In this document: one piece after another, positions 29,820 to 40,640 of the stretch
How the letters are laid out: each line of letters begins with the position of its first letter
Numbering within the stretch: position 1 is the first letter of the stretch
NCBI GenBank assembly: GCA_034670305.1
Contig: JAXMNT010000010.1
Span: 64,001-128,000, forward strand
Direction: 5' to 3'
DNA length: 64,000 bases
DNA from: Deltaproteobacteria bacterium
Lineage (GTDB): Bacteria > Myxococcota_A > Polyangia > Polyangiales > Houyiibacteriaceae
Program-made: the position numbers and the translations under genes
Notes under the pieces: generated by a model
Told to the model about the DNA's origin: nothing
The model's input: the letters and a program-made list of their open reading frames with translations, nothing else
Databases searched by the model: none

Positions 29820-29921
29820 GCGGGCACCTTTCCATGGCGCCGACCTCGAACCGCTGAGCAAACACACGACGCGGCGCCCCGTCGCAGCGCCGCCCTCGGT
29901 GCGCGGGGTAGGCTCACGCCC

Positions 29922-31901
29922 ATGAACGTCGAAGGACTGCTCACGCTCGGTCGATTGGCCACCGTTGCCCTCCACCCCACCGAAGACTGGTTGTGCGCGG
30001 CCGTCTCCCGACGGTCGACCTCCGGCGCGCGATGGGTTCACGACCTCTGGCGCATCCCGCTCGATGGGTCCGATGCGCAGCAGCTCACGTTCGGCGAGTG
30101 GAACGACCGGGCGCCGCACTTCTCCAGCCAGGGTCTGCTCGGGTTTCTGTCCAACCGACCGGTGGGCAAGTCGCCCACGCCGGGCGAAGACGAGCGCAGT
30201 CAGATCTGGGGCTTCGATCCCGGTGGACGCGAAGCGCGCCGACTCAGCGACGTGGCGCTGGGGGTGAACGACTTCCGGTTCGCTGGCGCGCGCTTGCTCG
30301 TGTGGACCCGGCACTGGCCGGATGTGCCCGACACCGAACAACGGGCGCACGCGGCCAAGCGCGCCAAAGACGGACCGAGCGTGCTGCATTACCGGCGGAC
30401 CCCGGTGCGGCACTGGGACCACTGGCTCGGTCCGGACCGGGCGCAGCTGCTGTGCATTCATCCCGAGGGCGCGCAGTTCGACCTCACCGAAGGCACCACC
30501 CACGAACACGAACGCGACGTGAGCTGGGACGTGAGCACCGACGGACGCTTCGTCGCCATGAACGCGGAAGAGAAGGCGGAGGACCAAGTCGCGCGCAGCT
30601 GGCTGCGCCGCATCGCGATCCAGGCCGATGGATCGCCCGAACGGATCGAAGACCTGGGCCGCGCAGGCAACGTCTCGCACTACGGCGCGAAACTCTCTCC
30701 TTCCGGCGCCAGCCTCGCAACCCAGCGGCACACCCGGTCCGGCCCGGATGGCGACGGGCGTCTTCCGCGGGTGGATCTCGTCGTGTTCGGTCCCGACGGC
30801 TCCGCGCGTTCGCTCGCGACCGAGCTCGACCGGTGGCTCTCGCCGGAGTGCTGGCTCGACGAACGCCGACTGCTCTGCACCTTCGACGACCGAGGCCGCA
30901 CACGACTTGCCGAGGTCGACACCGAAGCGGACCAAGTCACGCCGTGGACCGAACGCGGCGTCGTGCACGGGGTCGTGTGCCGGCCGATTGCGACGGGCGC
31001 GAAGACGCCGGCGCGGGTCGCCATGATCCACAGCACACTCACCTCCGCGCCGCGTGCGGCGGCCGTCGACGCCAAGGGCGCACAGCCGCTCGCGGATCCC
31101 ACGGGGTTTGCAGAGCACGCCGAGGCGCTCTCGAGCTTGGTCGTCGAGGACATGTCGGTCGAAGCCGCCGACGGCCAAACGGTGCACGGACTCCTGCTGA
31201 AACCGAACACACCTGGACCGCACCCGTGTCTGCTCTGGATCCACGGCGGCCCGATCCACCAGTGGGCCGACGGTTGGCATTGGCGCTGGAACCCGGCCGC
31301 GTTCGTCGAACAGGGGTACGCCATCGCGCTTCCGAACCCGCGCGGGTCGACCGGTGAAGGCTATGAGTTCACCGCCGGCATCTGGGGCAACGAGTGGGGC
31401 GCCGCTTGCTACGACGATCTCATGCGCTTCACGGACGCGCTCGAACAGCGCGACGACATCGACGCGACCAAGGTGGCTGCGATGGGCGGCTCGTTCGGCG
31501 GCTACATGGCGAACTGGATCGGCGGACACACCGGCCGCTTCCGCGCGCTCATCACCCACGCGAGCCTCTTCGACCTGCGCGCGTTCCACGGGCGCACCGA
31601 CGCGAGCGCCTACTTCGGACTGCACCTCGCCTCCACGCCGTGGACCGGCGAGATGGACCGCTACTCACCGCACCGCGCGGTGCCGGATTGGAAGACGCCG
31701 ACGTTGATCCTGCACGGTGAGAAGGACTACCGGGTGCCCCTCGGCGAAGCGCTCGCGCTCTTCGAAGGCCTGCAAGCACACGGCGTCGAAAGCGAGCTCG
31801 TCGTGTTCCCAGACGAGAACCACTGGATCCTCCAGCCCAACAACGCGCAGGCCTGGCACGAGGCCATCCTCACGTTCCTCCAGAAGCACGTTCTTTCGTA
31901 G
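29922..31901 (+). CDS. S9 family prolyl oligopeptidase / dipeptidyl peptidase
   Basis: IHGGP, NPRGSTG, GGSFGG, HGEKDYRV and FPDENH motifs after a beta-propeller region. Confidence 0.93.
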   Translation: MNVEGLLTLGRLATVALHPTEDWLCAAVSRRSTSGARWVHDLWRIPLDGSDAQQLTFGEWNDRAPHFSSQGLLGFLSNRPVGKSPTPGEDERSQIWGFDPGGREARRLSDVALGVNDFRFAGARLLVWTRHWPDVPDTEQRAHAAKRAKDGPSVLHYRRTPVRHWDHWLGPDRAQLLCIHPEGAQFDLTEGTTHEHERDVSWDVSTDGRFVAMNAEEKAEDQVARSWLRRIAIQADGSPERIEDLGRAGNVSHYGAKLSPSGASLATQRHTRSGPDGDGRLPRVDLVVFGPDGSARSLATELDRWLSPECWLDERRLLCTFDDRGRTRLAEVDTEADQVTPWTERGVVHGVVCRPIATGAKTPARVAMIHSTLTSAPRAAAVDAKGAQPLADPTGFAEHAEALSSLVVEDMSVEAADGQTVHGLLLKPNTPGPHPCLLWIHGGPIHQWADGWHWRWNPAAFVEQGYAIALPNPRGSTGEGYEFTAGIWGNEWGAACYDDLMRFTDALEQRDDIDATKVAAMGGSFGGYMANWIGGHTGRFRALITHASLFDLRAFHGRTDASAYFGLHLASTPWTGEMDRYSPHRAVPDWKTPTLILHGEKDYRVPLGEALALFEGLQAHGVESELVVFPDENHWILQPNNAQAWHEAILTFLQKHVLS

Positions 31902-31929
31902 CGTCTCGGGGCGGGCTCGCAGCGCGGGA

Positions 31930-32649
31930 CTACCAGCGCAGGAGCGGGGCGAGCGCTGCGAAGCCGAGGCCGAGTCCCGCGCCCACGGCGGTGCCGACGA
32001 TGGCCCCCGTGTCTCCGTGTCCTTGTCGCGCGGCATGGGCACCAGCCATGCCCGCCATCAGCACCAGCCCGTAGAAGATCCCGGTGACCCAACCCGCGCC
32101 CCCGCGCAGCCGGTTGTACAGAATCATGGAGACCGCAGTGAACGCAGTCATCAGCGTTCCGTAGAGCATGGGTCGAACCGACCGGCCCATCGGAGTCTCT
32201 GCGAATGCCGTGGCCACCAGCGCACCGGCGACGAGTCCCGGCCCGAGTCCCGCGAGTGTGCTCCCCGCTTTCAACGACCAGTCGTGGCGCTCGCTCAGCC
32301 GCCGAAGCGCAAGGCCCAAGGCCAGCGGGAGGAGGGCGGGCAGGATCCACGCGCCGTGTTCGTCGGGGTCCGTCGTCTCGACGGCCGCCGCGATGCCTCC
32401 CCCCACGAGGATCCCCAGGTGTGCGCCCCCGACCGCCCACCCGCTGTACCGTCGCCGCCCCTGAAACCGGGGCTCGTCGACCTCCTCTTCAGGCGTCGCC
32501 GCAACCGCATCCGCCTCGACCTTCCGCTGAATGGCGCCCGCCTCGTCCTGAGGATCGATGTCCGGCGGAGGCGCCGCCGCCGCATGAACGGTCGACCCCG
32601 ACGCCAACGCCAAGACCAGAACCAACCCCGCCCGAACGATGCACTCCAT
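31930..32649 (-). CDS. Secreted/membrane protein, unknown function
   Basis: Signal peptide followed by Gly-rich hydrophobic helices. Confidence 0.65.
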   Translation of the reverse strand: MECIVRAGLVLVLALASGSTVHAAAAPPPDIDPQDEAGAIQRKVEADAVAATPEEEVDEPRFQGRRRYSGWAVGGAHLGILVGGGIAAAVETTDPDEHGAWILPALLPLALGLALRRLSERHDWSLKAGSTLAGLGPGLVAGALVATAFAETPMGRSVRPMLYGTLMTAFTAVSMILYNRLRGGAGWVTGIFYGLVLMAGMAGAHAARQGHGDTGAIVGTAVGAGLGLGFAALAPLLRW

Positions 32650-32762
32650 GCCGACCCAACGGCGAACCGCTCTGGGGGCTTACACCCGGAGGATGGCAGA
32701 GAGGATGCGCTTCGCCGGTACGTGCCCGTGCCCGTTGGGATCTGAATCCGAACGAGCCGTCG

Positions 32763-33740
32763 TCAGCCGCGAACCGCCCCGCACACCTCGGCCCCATCGA
32801 CCCACACACTCCCATCCACCGGCAGCAACACCATCTGCTGCACCGTGATCTCCATCTTCACCTCCGGATCCCCGAGGATGGAGAACGCCTGAGGCGGCGT
32901 CAGGTGCGTGTTCGCGAGCAGCCGCGCGCGGTCGAATCGCTGGCACGCCGTGGCGCCGAGGATCCCGCGCGCGCCGCCATCGGTCAGGCTGCGGTAGTCG
33001 TTCGTGACCACCAAGGGACCAGCATCAACCGTGCGCAGCGCGTGGCGCGATGGGGTGCGCTCGACCACCACGCGATCGCCTGGGCGCGCGCCGACCACGA
33101 GCAGCAGACAATCGGACGCGATGGGCGTCTCCGCCAGGCGCAGCACCGCCTCGTCGAAGTCTGACGCGGTCTCCAGCACTTCGCGGATCAAGAACGTGAC
33201 TGGCGTCTGCACCGCGGGTGGGTCCTCGCTCAAGACCGCGTTGAGCGTGACCGAGAACTTGCCGGGCGCGACGCCGCTGAACGCACCGATGAACCCAGGC
33301 CAGCCCACCGTCCGGGCTACGACGCGTCCGCTCCGCCGCAACTCGAAGACGGCCGTGTGCTTCTGCAAGACCTTGTGCGGTGCATGCCAGTCGAGGTTGC
33401 GCGCATGCAGCGGACCAGACGCCGTGTCGACCCCGAACGCGGTGCAGCCGAGCAAACCGGAGAACGCGAACTTAAGCGCGTCGTAGTAGAGGTTCGCGAG
33501 CGCGGCGTGTGCATGGGGCCGCCCGGCGATCGCGGCCACGGCGTCGAGCTCGGCGCGCTGCTCGACCGTGAGGCATTGCGCTTCGTAGCCCGCGAGCAGA
33601 GGCGTGTACTCGTCCACCCCACCCAGGTCCTCGAGGTAGACGTCGCAGAGCTTACGAATCGCGGACGCGTGAGGGGCGAGCCCGCGCCACCGGGTGGCGG
33701 GCGGGTCGTCGAGGTCGATGGCGAAGACGGGCGTGGACAT
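32763..33740 (-). CDS. Acid ceramidase / NAAA-like Ntn cysteine hydrolase
   Basis: N-terminal [11 protein letters not shown], autocleavage G|CTAF...HARNLDW, VTLNA, VVTND. Confidence 0.82.
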   Translation of the reverse strand: MSTPVFAIDLDDPPATRWRGLAPHASAIRKLCDVYLEDLGGVDEYTPLLAGYEAQCLTVEQRAELDAVAAIAGRPHAHAALANLYYDALKFAFSGLLGCTAFGVDTASGPLHARNLDWHAPHKVLQKHTAVFELRRSGRVVARTVGWPGFIGAFSGVAPGKFSVTLNAVLSEDPPAVQTPVTFLIREVLETASDFDEAVLRLAETPIASDCLLLVVGARPGDRVVVERTPSRHALRTVDAGPLVVTNDYRSLTDGGARGILGATACQRFDRARLLANTHLTPPQAFSILGDPEVKMEITVQQMVLLPVDGSVWVDGAEVCGAVRG

Positions 33741-33804
33741 GACGGGGCCGGCCAGAGTGGGTCCGACTCGGTGCTTGGCAAGGCCGTCCGAGTCGATAGA
33801 GGAC

Positions 33805-34021
<217 letters not shown>

Positions 34022-34022
<1 letters not shown>

Positions 34023-34049
34023 CGAACCGAATCCTCTCCTTCGGTTCGC
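34022..34049 (-). terminator. Perfect 10-bp hairpin immediately after the larE stop
   Basis: GCGAACCGAA-TCCTCTCC-TTCGGTTCGC. No U-tract. Confidence 0.55.
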
Positions 34050-35140
34050 TACGGCAGCAGGTTGAGGCGGCCTTGGCGGTAGCCGCTGGGATCGAGATGC
34101 ACTCTCTGGAAGCCGGTGGCGCGGAGCGCGCATTCGATCTCGGCGAAGAGGTCGCGGGCGCGGGGGAGTTCGTCTTGGCCGACTTCGAGGCTGGCCTCTT
34201 CTCCGAACCAGCGGACGCGGACCACGCGGAAGTCGAGCGCGCGCATTGCGCGTTCGGCGGCAGCGACTTGGGCGAGGCGCGCAGCGGTGATCTCGGTGCC
34301 GTAGGGAAAGCGGCTCGAGAGGCAGGCGAGCGCCGGTTTGTCCCAGACCGGCAGACCGAGTGCGTGGGCCGCCGCGCGGATGTCCGCTTTGGTGAAGCGG
34401 TGGTCGTCGAGCGGGGAGCGCACGCCGAGTTCCTTGGCGGCTTTGCGTCCCGGACGGTGGTCGCCCCGATCGTCGAGGTTGAACCCGTCGACGACCACCG
34501 CGAAGCCATGCTCCGTCGCGAAGCGGCGGGCCGCACCGTAGACCTCGGTCTTGCAGAAGTAGCAGCGGTTCTTCGGGTTGGTCGTGTAGCGCGCGTCGTC
34601 GAGCTCGTGGGTGTCGACCAGCGCATGCGGCGCGCCGAGCGACGCGGCGATCTCGGCCGCGTGCGCGCGCTCCTGGGGATCCAGGCTCGCAGACACCGCA
34701 GTGAATGCGTGCGCCCTCCCCGGCCCGAGGGCACGCACCGCCTCGGCGAGCAGATACGACGAGTCGACCCCACCACTGAAACACACGAGCACGGACGGCT
34801 GCGACGACAACCAAGTCCGCAGCCCAGAAGCGGAACCGGAACCGGAACCGGAAGCGGAACCGGAGGCGGAAGCGGAAGCGGAGGCGGACGCGGAAGCGGT
34901 ACCGGAAGCGACAGCGGAAGCGGTACCGGAAGCGACAGCGGAAGCGGAACCGGAAGCGGCTTCGGCGTCGGAATCGGCTTCGGCGTCGGAATCGGCTTCG
35001 GCGTCGGCGTCGGCTTCGGCTTCGGAATCGGCTTCGGCTTCGGCTTCGGCTGCGGCTTCGGCTTCGGCGTCGGCGTCGGCGTCGGCTTCGGGATCGGCCC
35101 CGCCGCCACGAACCCCACGCACTCGCTCAACCGGCGTCAC
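34049..35140 (-). CDS. larE: LarE, ATP-dependent sulfur transferase (NPN cofactor biosynthesis)
   Basis: PP-loop [22 protein letters not shown] and [10 protein letters not shown]. Likely GTG start overlaps the larC stop, with a repeat tract in frame in the N-terminus. Start uncertain. Confidence 0.9.
   Translation of the reverse strand: MTPVERVRGVRGGGADPEADADADAEAEAAAEAEAEADSEAEADADAEADSDAEADSDAEAASGSASAVASGTASAVASGTASASASASASASGSASGSGSGSASGLRTWLSSQPSVLVCFSGGVDSSYLLAEAVRALGPGRAHAFTAVSASLDPQERAHAAEIAASLGAPHALVDTHELDDARYTTNPKNRCYFCKTEVYGAARRFATEHGFAVVVDGFNLDDRGDHRPGRKAAKELGVRSPLDDHRFTKADIRAAAHALGLPVWDKPALACLSSRFPYGTEITAARLAQVAAAERAMRALDFRVVRVRWFGEEASLEVGQDELPRARDLFAEIECALRATGFQRVHLDPSGYRQGRLNLLP
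34829..35098. repeat. Hexamer tract T3, (GCGGAA)n then (GGCTTC)n, quasi-palindromic
   Basis: Read directly from sequence. Lies within the probable larE reading frame. Confidence 0.93.
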
Positions 35141-36309
35141 GCCGTCCCCGTTCGGAACGCAGCGACCGCCGCTTCGAACACTTCTCCGAGCGGCACGCCG
35201 TGCGTCTCGGCGGCCGCGCGGCACGAATCGAACTCCGGTGCGACCAGCTCGGGCAACCCATCGCCGGAGGCCACCTTCACCTCGAGCGCGCCGAAGCGGG
35301 TCTCGACCGTCACCACGCGGCGCGGCCGCTCGACCCGCTCGACCCCGCGTACCCGCACGCCGAGCGAGCCGGTCTCGGTCAGCAGGATCTCGGTCAGCAC
35401 GTCGCGGGTCGCCGCATCACACAGGGCGCTCAGCATGGTGCCGAGCCGACCCTTCTTCATCGTGATCGGCGTCATCCACGCGTCGCGCGCGCCGGCCGCC
35501 ATCAACCGGGCGAGCGCATAGGCGAGCCGTTCCGGAGGGCAGTCGTCGATGTTGCATTCGATCACCAGGAGCGAGCGGCGCGTCTGCGATCTCTCCGCCA
35601 CGCCCCGCACCACCCGCAATACGTTGGGCCGGTCGGGCAGCTCCCGGGTGCCTGCGCCCCAGCCCACCGCGACCGGCTTCATCGCAGGCCAGCGTACGAA
35701 GCGGGTCGCTTGGGTCGCGACGATGGTCGCGCCGGTCGGCGTGACGAGCTCCGCGTCGACGCCGCCATCGAAGGTGGCCACGCCGCGCAGGCACTCGAGC
35801 GTCGCGGGGGCCGGCAGCGGCAAGACGCCGTGTTGAGAGTGGGTGGTCCCGCGGCCGAGCGGAAGCGGCGACGCGACGATCTCGCCACCGAAGAACTCGA
35901 GGCACGCCGCCACCGCGACGATGTCGACGATCGAGTCGAGCGCGCCGACCTCGTGAAAGTGCACGTCGTCGACCGCGCATCCGTGGACCGCCGCTTCGGC
36001 CTCCGCGAGGCGCGCGAACATCGCGACCGAACGCGCGCGCACGGCCGGCGGGAGCGCCTGGAGCAGTTGCCGGATGTCGCGCCACGTGCGCTGCGGCGCG
36101 TCCTCGAGCGGCTCGACCAGGAACTGCTTCGCCGCGATCCCAGATCGGAACACCGTTCGAACACTTCGTTCGTGGCGCTCCAGTGGCAGCGCCGAGAGCG
36201 CCTCGGTGATCGCGGCCTCCGGTGCGCCCGCGTCCACGAGCGCCGCGACGCACATGTCGCCGGCGATGCCGCTGCCCGACGCGTCCAGAAAGAGCAGGTC
36301 GGGTGTCAC
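35137..36309 (-). CDS. larC: LarC, nickel insertase (NPN cofactor biosynthesis)
   Basis: [46 protein letters not shown] and ETGSLGVR. Confidence 0.95.
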   Translation of the reverse strand: MTPDLLFLDASGSGIAGDMCVAALVDAGAPEAAITEALSALPLERHERSVRTVFRSGIAAKQFLVEPLEDAPQRTWRDIRQLLQALPPAVRARSVAMFARLAEAEAAVHGCAVDDVHFHEVGALDSIVDIVAVAACLEFFGGEIVASPLPLGRGTTHSQHGVLPLPAPATLECLRGVATFDGGVDAELVTPTGATIVATQATRFVRWPAMKPVAVGWGAGTRELPDRPNVLRVVRGVAERSQTRRSLLVIECNIDDCPPERLAYALARLMAAGARDAWMTPITMKKGRLGTMLSALCDAATRDVLTEILLTETGSLGVRVRGVERVERPRRVVTVETRFGALEVKVASGDGLPELVAPEFDSCRAAAETHGVPLGEVFEAAVAAFRTGTA

Positions 36310-37055
36310 TCGGACCTCGACGACACGATGCGGGCGGCGAGGCATGCCGCGCCGAAGCCGTTGTCGATGTTCACCACAGCGACCCCTGGCGCGCAGCCGC
36401 TCAGCATGCCGAGCAGCGCCGCGAGCCCACCGAAGCTCGCGCCGTAGCCCACGCTCGTCGGCACCGCGACGATGGGCCGGCTGGTGAGGCCCGCCACCAC
36501 GCTCGCGAGCGCGCCCTCCATGCCCGCGATCACCAGAAGCACATCGGCGCGTTCCAGCAGCGGCCGATGGGCGGCGATGCGGTGCAGTCCCGCGACGCCC
36601 ACGTCGTCGAGCCGTTCGACGCCGTACCCGAAGGCGCGCGCGGTGACCTCGGCCTCCTGCGCGACGAACCGGTCGCTGGTGCCCGCACACACGATGACGA
36701 AGGTGTGCGGGCGGCTCGGCCGCGCGTCCCAGACGACCGTGCGGGCGAGCGGATCGTGGTGTGCGTCGGGCAGCGCCGCCACGACCTCCGCGGCCGCGTC
36801 GGGGTCGACCCGGGTCGCGAGCGCGACCCCGTCGGAGGCATGCAGGTCCTTCATGATCTCGACGATCTGCGCGGCGGTCTTGCCCGCCCCGTAGACGACC
36901 TCCGGCAACCCGGTGCGCAGACTGCGGTGGTGGTCGACCTTCGTGTGCACGAGATCGCGAAACGGCAGCTCCGCGAGCTCGGCCATCGCCTCGTCCACCG
37001 CCAGCTCGCCGCCCCGGACGCGTTCGAGCAGCGCACGCACGTGTTCCGGACTCAT
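36306..37055 (-). CDS. larB: LarB, NaAD carboxylase/hydrolase (NPN cofactor biosynthesis)
   Basis: [42 protein letters not shown] and [11 protein letters not shown]. Confidence 0.96.
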   Translation of the reverse strand: MSPEHVRALLERVRGGELAVDEAMAELAELPFRDLVHTKVDHHRSLRTGLPEVVYGAGKTAAQIVEIMKDLHASDGVALATRVDPDAAAEVVAALPDAHHDPLARTVVWDARPSRPHTFVIVCAGTSDRFVAQEAEVTARAFGYGVERLDDVGVAGLHRIAAHRPLLERADVLLVIAGMEGALASVVAGLTSRPIVAVPTSVGYGASFGGLAALLGMLSGCAPGVAVVNIDNGFGAACLAARIVSSRSE

Positions 37056-37110
37056 CGCGCGCACGGTATCAGCGCGATGGGTACGCACCAATCCGAACCG
37101 GAACTCCAAC

Positions 37111-37396
37111 GGCTTCGGCTTCGGCGTCGGGGTCGGGGTCGGGGTCGGATTCGGCTTCGGCTTCGGCCTCGGCTTCGGCTTCGGCGTCGGTTTCGGCTTC
37201 GGCGTCGGCTTCGGCTTCGGCGTCGGCTTCGGCGTCGGTTTCGGTTTCGGCCTCGGCGTCGGCGTCGGCTTCGGCGTCGGCTTCGGCTTCCGCTTCGGCT
37301 TCGGCTTCGGCTTCGGCTTCGGCTTCCACTTCGGCGTCGGCGACCGCTTCCGCGACCGCTTCCGCTTCCGCTTCCGCTTCGGCTTCCGCTTCCGCT
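37111..37396. repeat. Hexamer tract T4 (GGCTTC/GGCGTC)n then (CGCTTC)n
   Basis: Between the aminopeptidase stop and the larB start. Confidence 0.93.
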
Positions 37397-37423
37397 AACG
37401 CGAACGCGACCGCCGCATATGAG

Positions 37424-38869
37424 TCAGCTCTCTGCGTCCTCGCCCGTGCCCTCGTCCTCGTCTTCGGTGAAGAGCTTCTCCACGAGCGCGAAACAGGCGC
37501 GAAGCGCCATCGCTTCGCCTCCACGCGGGCGACCCGGGCGGGTGTCGTTGTTCCAGGCCATCAGATCGAGGTGACCCCAGGTGACGTCGTTCGAGACGAA
37601 GCGGGAGAGAAAGAGCGCTGCGGTGATCGCGCCGCCGAAGCGGGTGCTCGAGGTGTTGCTGACGTCGGCGACCTTCGACTCCAAGTAGCGCTGGTACGGC
37701 GCGTGGAGTGGCATCTGCCAGACCGGATCGTGTTCGCGTCGTCCGAGCTTCTGCAGCGCCACCGCGAGCTGGTCGTCGTTGGTGAAGAGCGCCGGCATCT
37801 CGGTGCCGAGCGCGACGCGAGCGGCGCCGGTCAACGTGGCGAAGTCGAGCAACAACTTCGGCGCATCCATCGACGCTTCGTGGAGGGCGTCGCAAAGCAC
37901 GAGCCGACCTTCGGCGTCGGTGTTGCCGACCTCGACGGTCAGGCCCTTGCGGGTCTGCAGCACATCGAGCGGCCGGAAGGCGTTGCCGGAGATCGAGTTC
38001 TCCACGGCGGGCACGATCATGCGCAGCCGCACCGGGAGCTTCGCGTCCATGATCGCGTGCGCGAGCGCGAGCACGTGGGCGCCGCCGCCCATGTCCTTCT
38101 TCATGATGAGCATGCCGCCAGCCGGCTTGATGTCGAGACCGCCGCTGTCGAAGGTCACGCCCTTGCCGACGAGTGTGACCTTCGGGTGACTGGCGTCGCC
38201 CCACGTCAGGTCGATCACCCGCGGCTCTTTGACGCTCGCGCGGCCCACCGCGTGCACGGCAGGCCAGCCCTTCTTCAAGAGGGCGTCGCCGCGAATGGTC
38301 GTGACCTTCGCGCCGTGCAGGCCCGCGAGCGCGTTGGCGCACGCTTCCATTTCGGCCGGTCCCATGTCCTCGGCTGGGGTGTTGACGAGGTCGCGCACGA
38401 GGTACGTCGCTTCGGCGATGCGCCGCACCGAATCTTTGCGCGCGAGCTCCGGCCACACGAGTTTGCGGGTGGCTTTGGCCGGCGACGCCTTGTAGCGATC
38501 GAACCGGTACGCGGCGAGCGCCCAGCCGAGCGCTGCGGCTTCCGCGTGGCGTTCGTCGGGCAAGCCGTCGAGTTCGTAGCGGCCCTTCGGCACGCTCCCG
38601 AAGAGCCGCGCGTAGACGAAGGGGTCGGCGTCGCTCGGGCGTACGAAGAGCCCGCCCCACACGGTGCCGTCGCGCTTCGGCAACATGGTCGCGCGCCCGA
38701 CGCTGCTCGACCCGGCCGACGACTTCACCCAGTTGCGCACCGCGGCCGGCGCATCCTTGACCCACTTCTTGAGGTCCGATTTGGCGACCGCATGGATCTT
38801 CACGGTGGTCTTGGTCGGGCGCGCGGCGAAAGCCGACGCGACGCGGTCGAACGGGAGGATGTCGGTCAC
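37424..38869 (-). CDS. M17 leucyl aminopeptidase family protein
   Basis: VGKGVTFDSGG, MKKDMGG, NTDAEGRL and ATLTGA. GTG at 38869 follows AGGAG. Confidence 0.93.
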   Translation of the reverse strand: MTDILPFDRVASAFAARPTKTTVKIHAVAKSDLKKWVKDAPAAVRNWVKSSAGSSSVGRATMLPKRDGTVWGGLFVRPSDADPFVYARLFGSVPKGRYELDGLPDERHAEAAALGWALAAYRFDRYKASPAKATRKLVWPELARKDSVRRIAEATYLVRDLVNTPAEDMGPAEMEACANALAGLHGAKVTTIRGDALLKKGWPAVHAVGRASVKEPRVIDLTWGDASHPKVTLVGKGVTFDSGGLDIKPAGGMLIMKKDMGGGAHVLALAHAIMDAKLPVRLRMIVPAVENSISGNAFRPLDVLQTRKGLTVEVGNTDAEGRLVLCDALHEASMDAPKLLLDFATLTGAARVALGTEMPALFTNDDQLAVALQKLGRREHDPVWQMPLHAPYQRYLESKVADVSNTSSTRFGGAITAALFLSRFVSNDVTWGHLDLMAWNNDTRPGRPRGGEAMALRACFALVEKLFTEDEDEGTGEDAES

Positions 38870-38983
38870 GGAAGAGCTCCTGGAGATGACGCGTGTCGAG
38901 GGAGACGCATGGGGGAGGCGAGAGGCTGCCGGAGGTTGCCACGGTCTGTTGTGAGACGTCCATGCGCGCGACGTCGGTCGCGG

Positions 38984-39580
38984 GTCGCGGTCGCGGTCGC
39001 GGTCGCGGTCGCGGTCGCGGTCGCTGTCGCCGTCGCTGTCGCTGTCGCGGTCGCTGTCGCGGTCGCTGTCGCTGTCTCTGTCGCTGTCTCTGTCGCTGTC
39101 TCTGTCTCTGTCGCGGTCTCTGTCGCTGTCGCTGTCGCTGTCTCTGTCTCTGTCTCTGTCTCTGTCTCTGTCTCTGTCTCTGTCTCTGTCTCTGTCTCTG
39201 TCTCTGTCTCTGTCTCTGTCGCTGTCGCTGTCGCTGTCTCTGTCTCTGTCTCTGTCGCTGTCTCTGTCTCTGTCTCTGTCTCTGTCTCTGTCTCTGCTTC
39301 GGGCGGAACCCGATGCCGAAGAAGCCGAAGCCGAAGCCGAAGCCGAAACCGATCCCGAACCCGAACCCGAAGCCGAACCCGAAGCCGAACCCGAAGCCGA
39401 ACCCGAAGCCGAACCCGAAGCCGACCCCGACCCCGACCCCGACGCCGAAGCCGAAGCCGAAGCCGACCCCGACCCCGAAGCCGACCCCGAAGCCGACCCC
39501 GAAGCCGAACCCGAAGCCGAACCCGAAGCCGACCCCGATGCCGAAGCCGATCCCGACCCCGATCCCGAAGCCGAATCCGC
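38984..39580. repeat. Hexamer tract T5 (GGTCGC)n-(TGTCGC/TGTCTC)n-(GAAGCC/GAACCC)n, about 600 bp
   Basis: Between the DUF362 stop and the aminopeptidase start. Confidence 0.95.
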
Positions 39581-39605
39581 CGACTTCCGGTCCGGGTTTT
39601 GGGGC

Positions 39606-40640
39606 TCAGGCGTCGCGCAGCGCGCGGAGGTGGGGTTCGTCCAGGACTTCGAAGCGCTGGGCGATCGCCTCGATCGCTTCGCCGCGCTGTTCGATGTTCT
39701 TCTCGAGGATCGGGCCGAGCCAGCCGGAGGCGAGCGGAAGGTAGGTGGTCCCAAGGGGGTTGAGGCCCATGAGGCGTGCGCAGGTGGCGTCCACGGCGGG
39801 CAGGTTGCGGCCCATCACGAGGCAGCCGAGTTCCTTCGGGTTGCCCATGATCGGTCCGTCGCCGTCCATACCCACGACTCCGTCCACGATTGCGAAGTCC
39901 GGTTGAATGGTGGCGTTCAGATCCACGATCGACTGCGGGATGCCGGCGCGGTGGAGCGGGTTCTTCGGCCAGCCGTAGACGAGCCCCGGCACGGTGCCGA
40001 AGAAGTTCTTCATCGAGCAGGTGATGCCCGCCCAGTGGTGGGTCTTCATCTTCGGGAGGGAGACCACGAAGTCCGCCTCGAGGACCGTCTTCGGCAACCA
40101 GAGGTGTTCGAAGTGCGAGACGCCGCCGCCGTTCGGCACCTGCACGATCTCGTCGTGGTTCAGATCGACGAAGTCGAGTTCGCCGGCCTCCAGCGTGTCG
40201 ATCATCCCGGACTCGGCGAGCACGAGCCAGCTGTCGCGGCGGTGGCCCTGTCCTTCGGCGAGGAACGGGTCGGCGCCTAGGCCGCGCAGCGCCTGGGCCA
40301 CCGCGAGCACCACCGAGGGATGCGTGTTGATGTGTCCGTGGCCGAGCGCGGTCTCCACGAGGTTCGGTTTCAAGAGCACCCGCTTGCCGGAGAGCTCCGT
40401 CTCGGTGACCCCGAGCACCGCGAAGCCTTCGAGGATCTGCGCCTCGAGCGGGAGCGGTTCGTACGCCGGCGCACGCGCGATGTAGACCGAGGCTGCGAGC
40501 CCGTTCTCCCGGCCGTCGAGCAGCTCGCCGATGGTCGCGGCGGCGGCTCCGGTCGCGAGCACGCCGAGCCCGCGCAGGAGCGTGCGCCTCGAGATCTTCG
40601 CTTCGGACGAAGCAGGCTTGCGCTCTTTGTCAGTCGCCAT
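39606..40640 (-). CDS. DUF362 family protein with twin-arginine signal
   Basis: SRRTLL Tat motif, [38 protein letters not shown] and AVDAT. Confidence 0.85.
   Translation of the reverse strand: MATDKERKPASSEAKISRRTLLRGLGVLATGAAAATIGELLDGRENGLAASVYIARAPAYEPLPLEAQILEGFAVLGVTETELSGKRVLLKPNLVETALGHGHINTHPSVVLAVAQALRGLGADPFLAEGQGHRRDSWLVLAESGMIDTLEAGELDFVDLNHDEIVQVPNGGGVSHFEHLWLPKTVLEADFVVSLPKMKTHHWAGITCSMKNFFGTVPGLVYGWPKNPLHRAGIPQSIVDLNATIQPDFAIVDGVVGMDGDGPIMGNPKELGCLVMGRNLPAVDATCARLMGLNPLGTTYLPLASGWLGPILEKNIEQRGEAIEAIAQRFEVLDEPHLRALRDA

Noticed and set aside
28077-31625. 1274-aa and 1228-aa overlapping ORFs as giant proteins
   Set aside because: These are two divergent genes (S1 protease from 29819 and S9 peptidase from 29922), each extended by the other's antisense frame.
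38870-39754. N-terminal SGSA/RDRD extension of the aminopeptidase ORF
   Set aside because: Read-through of hexamer tract T5. A GTG with an AGGAG ribosome-binding site at 38869 gives a normal-length M17 protein, unlike the larE case.
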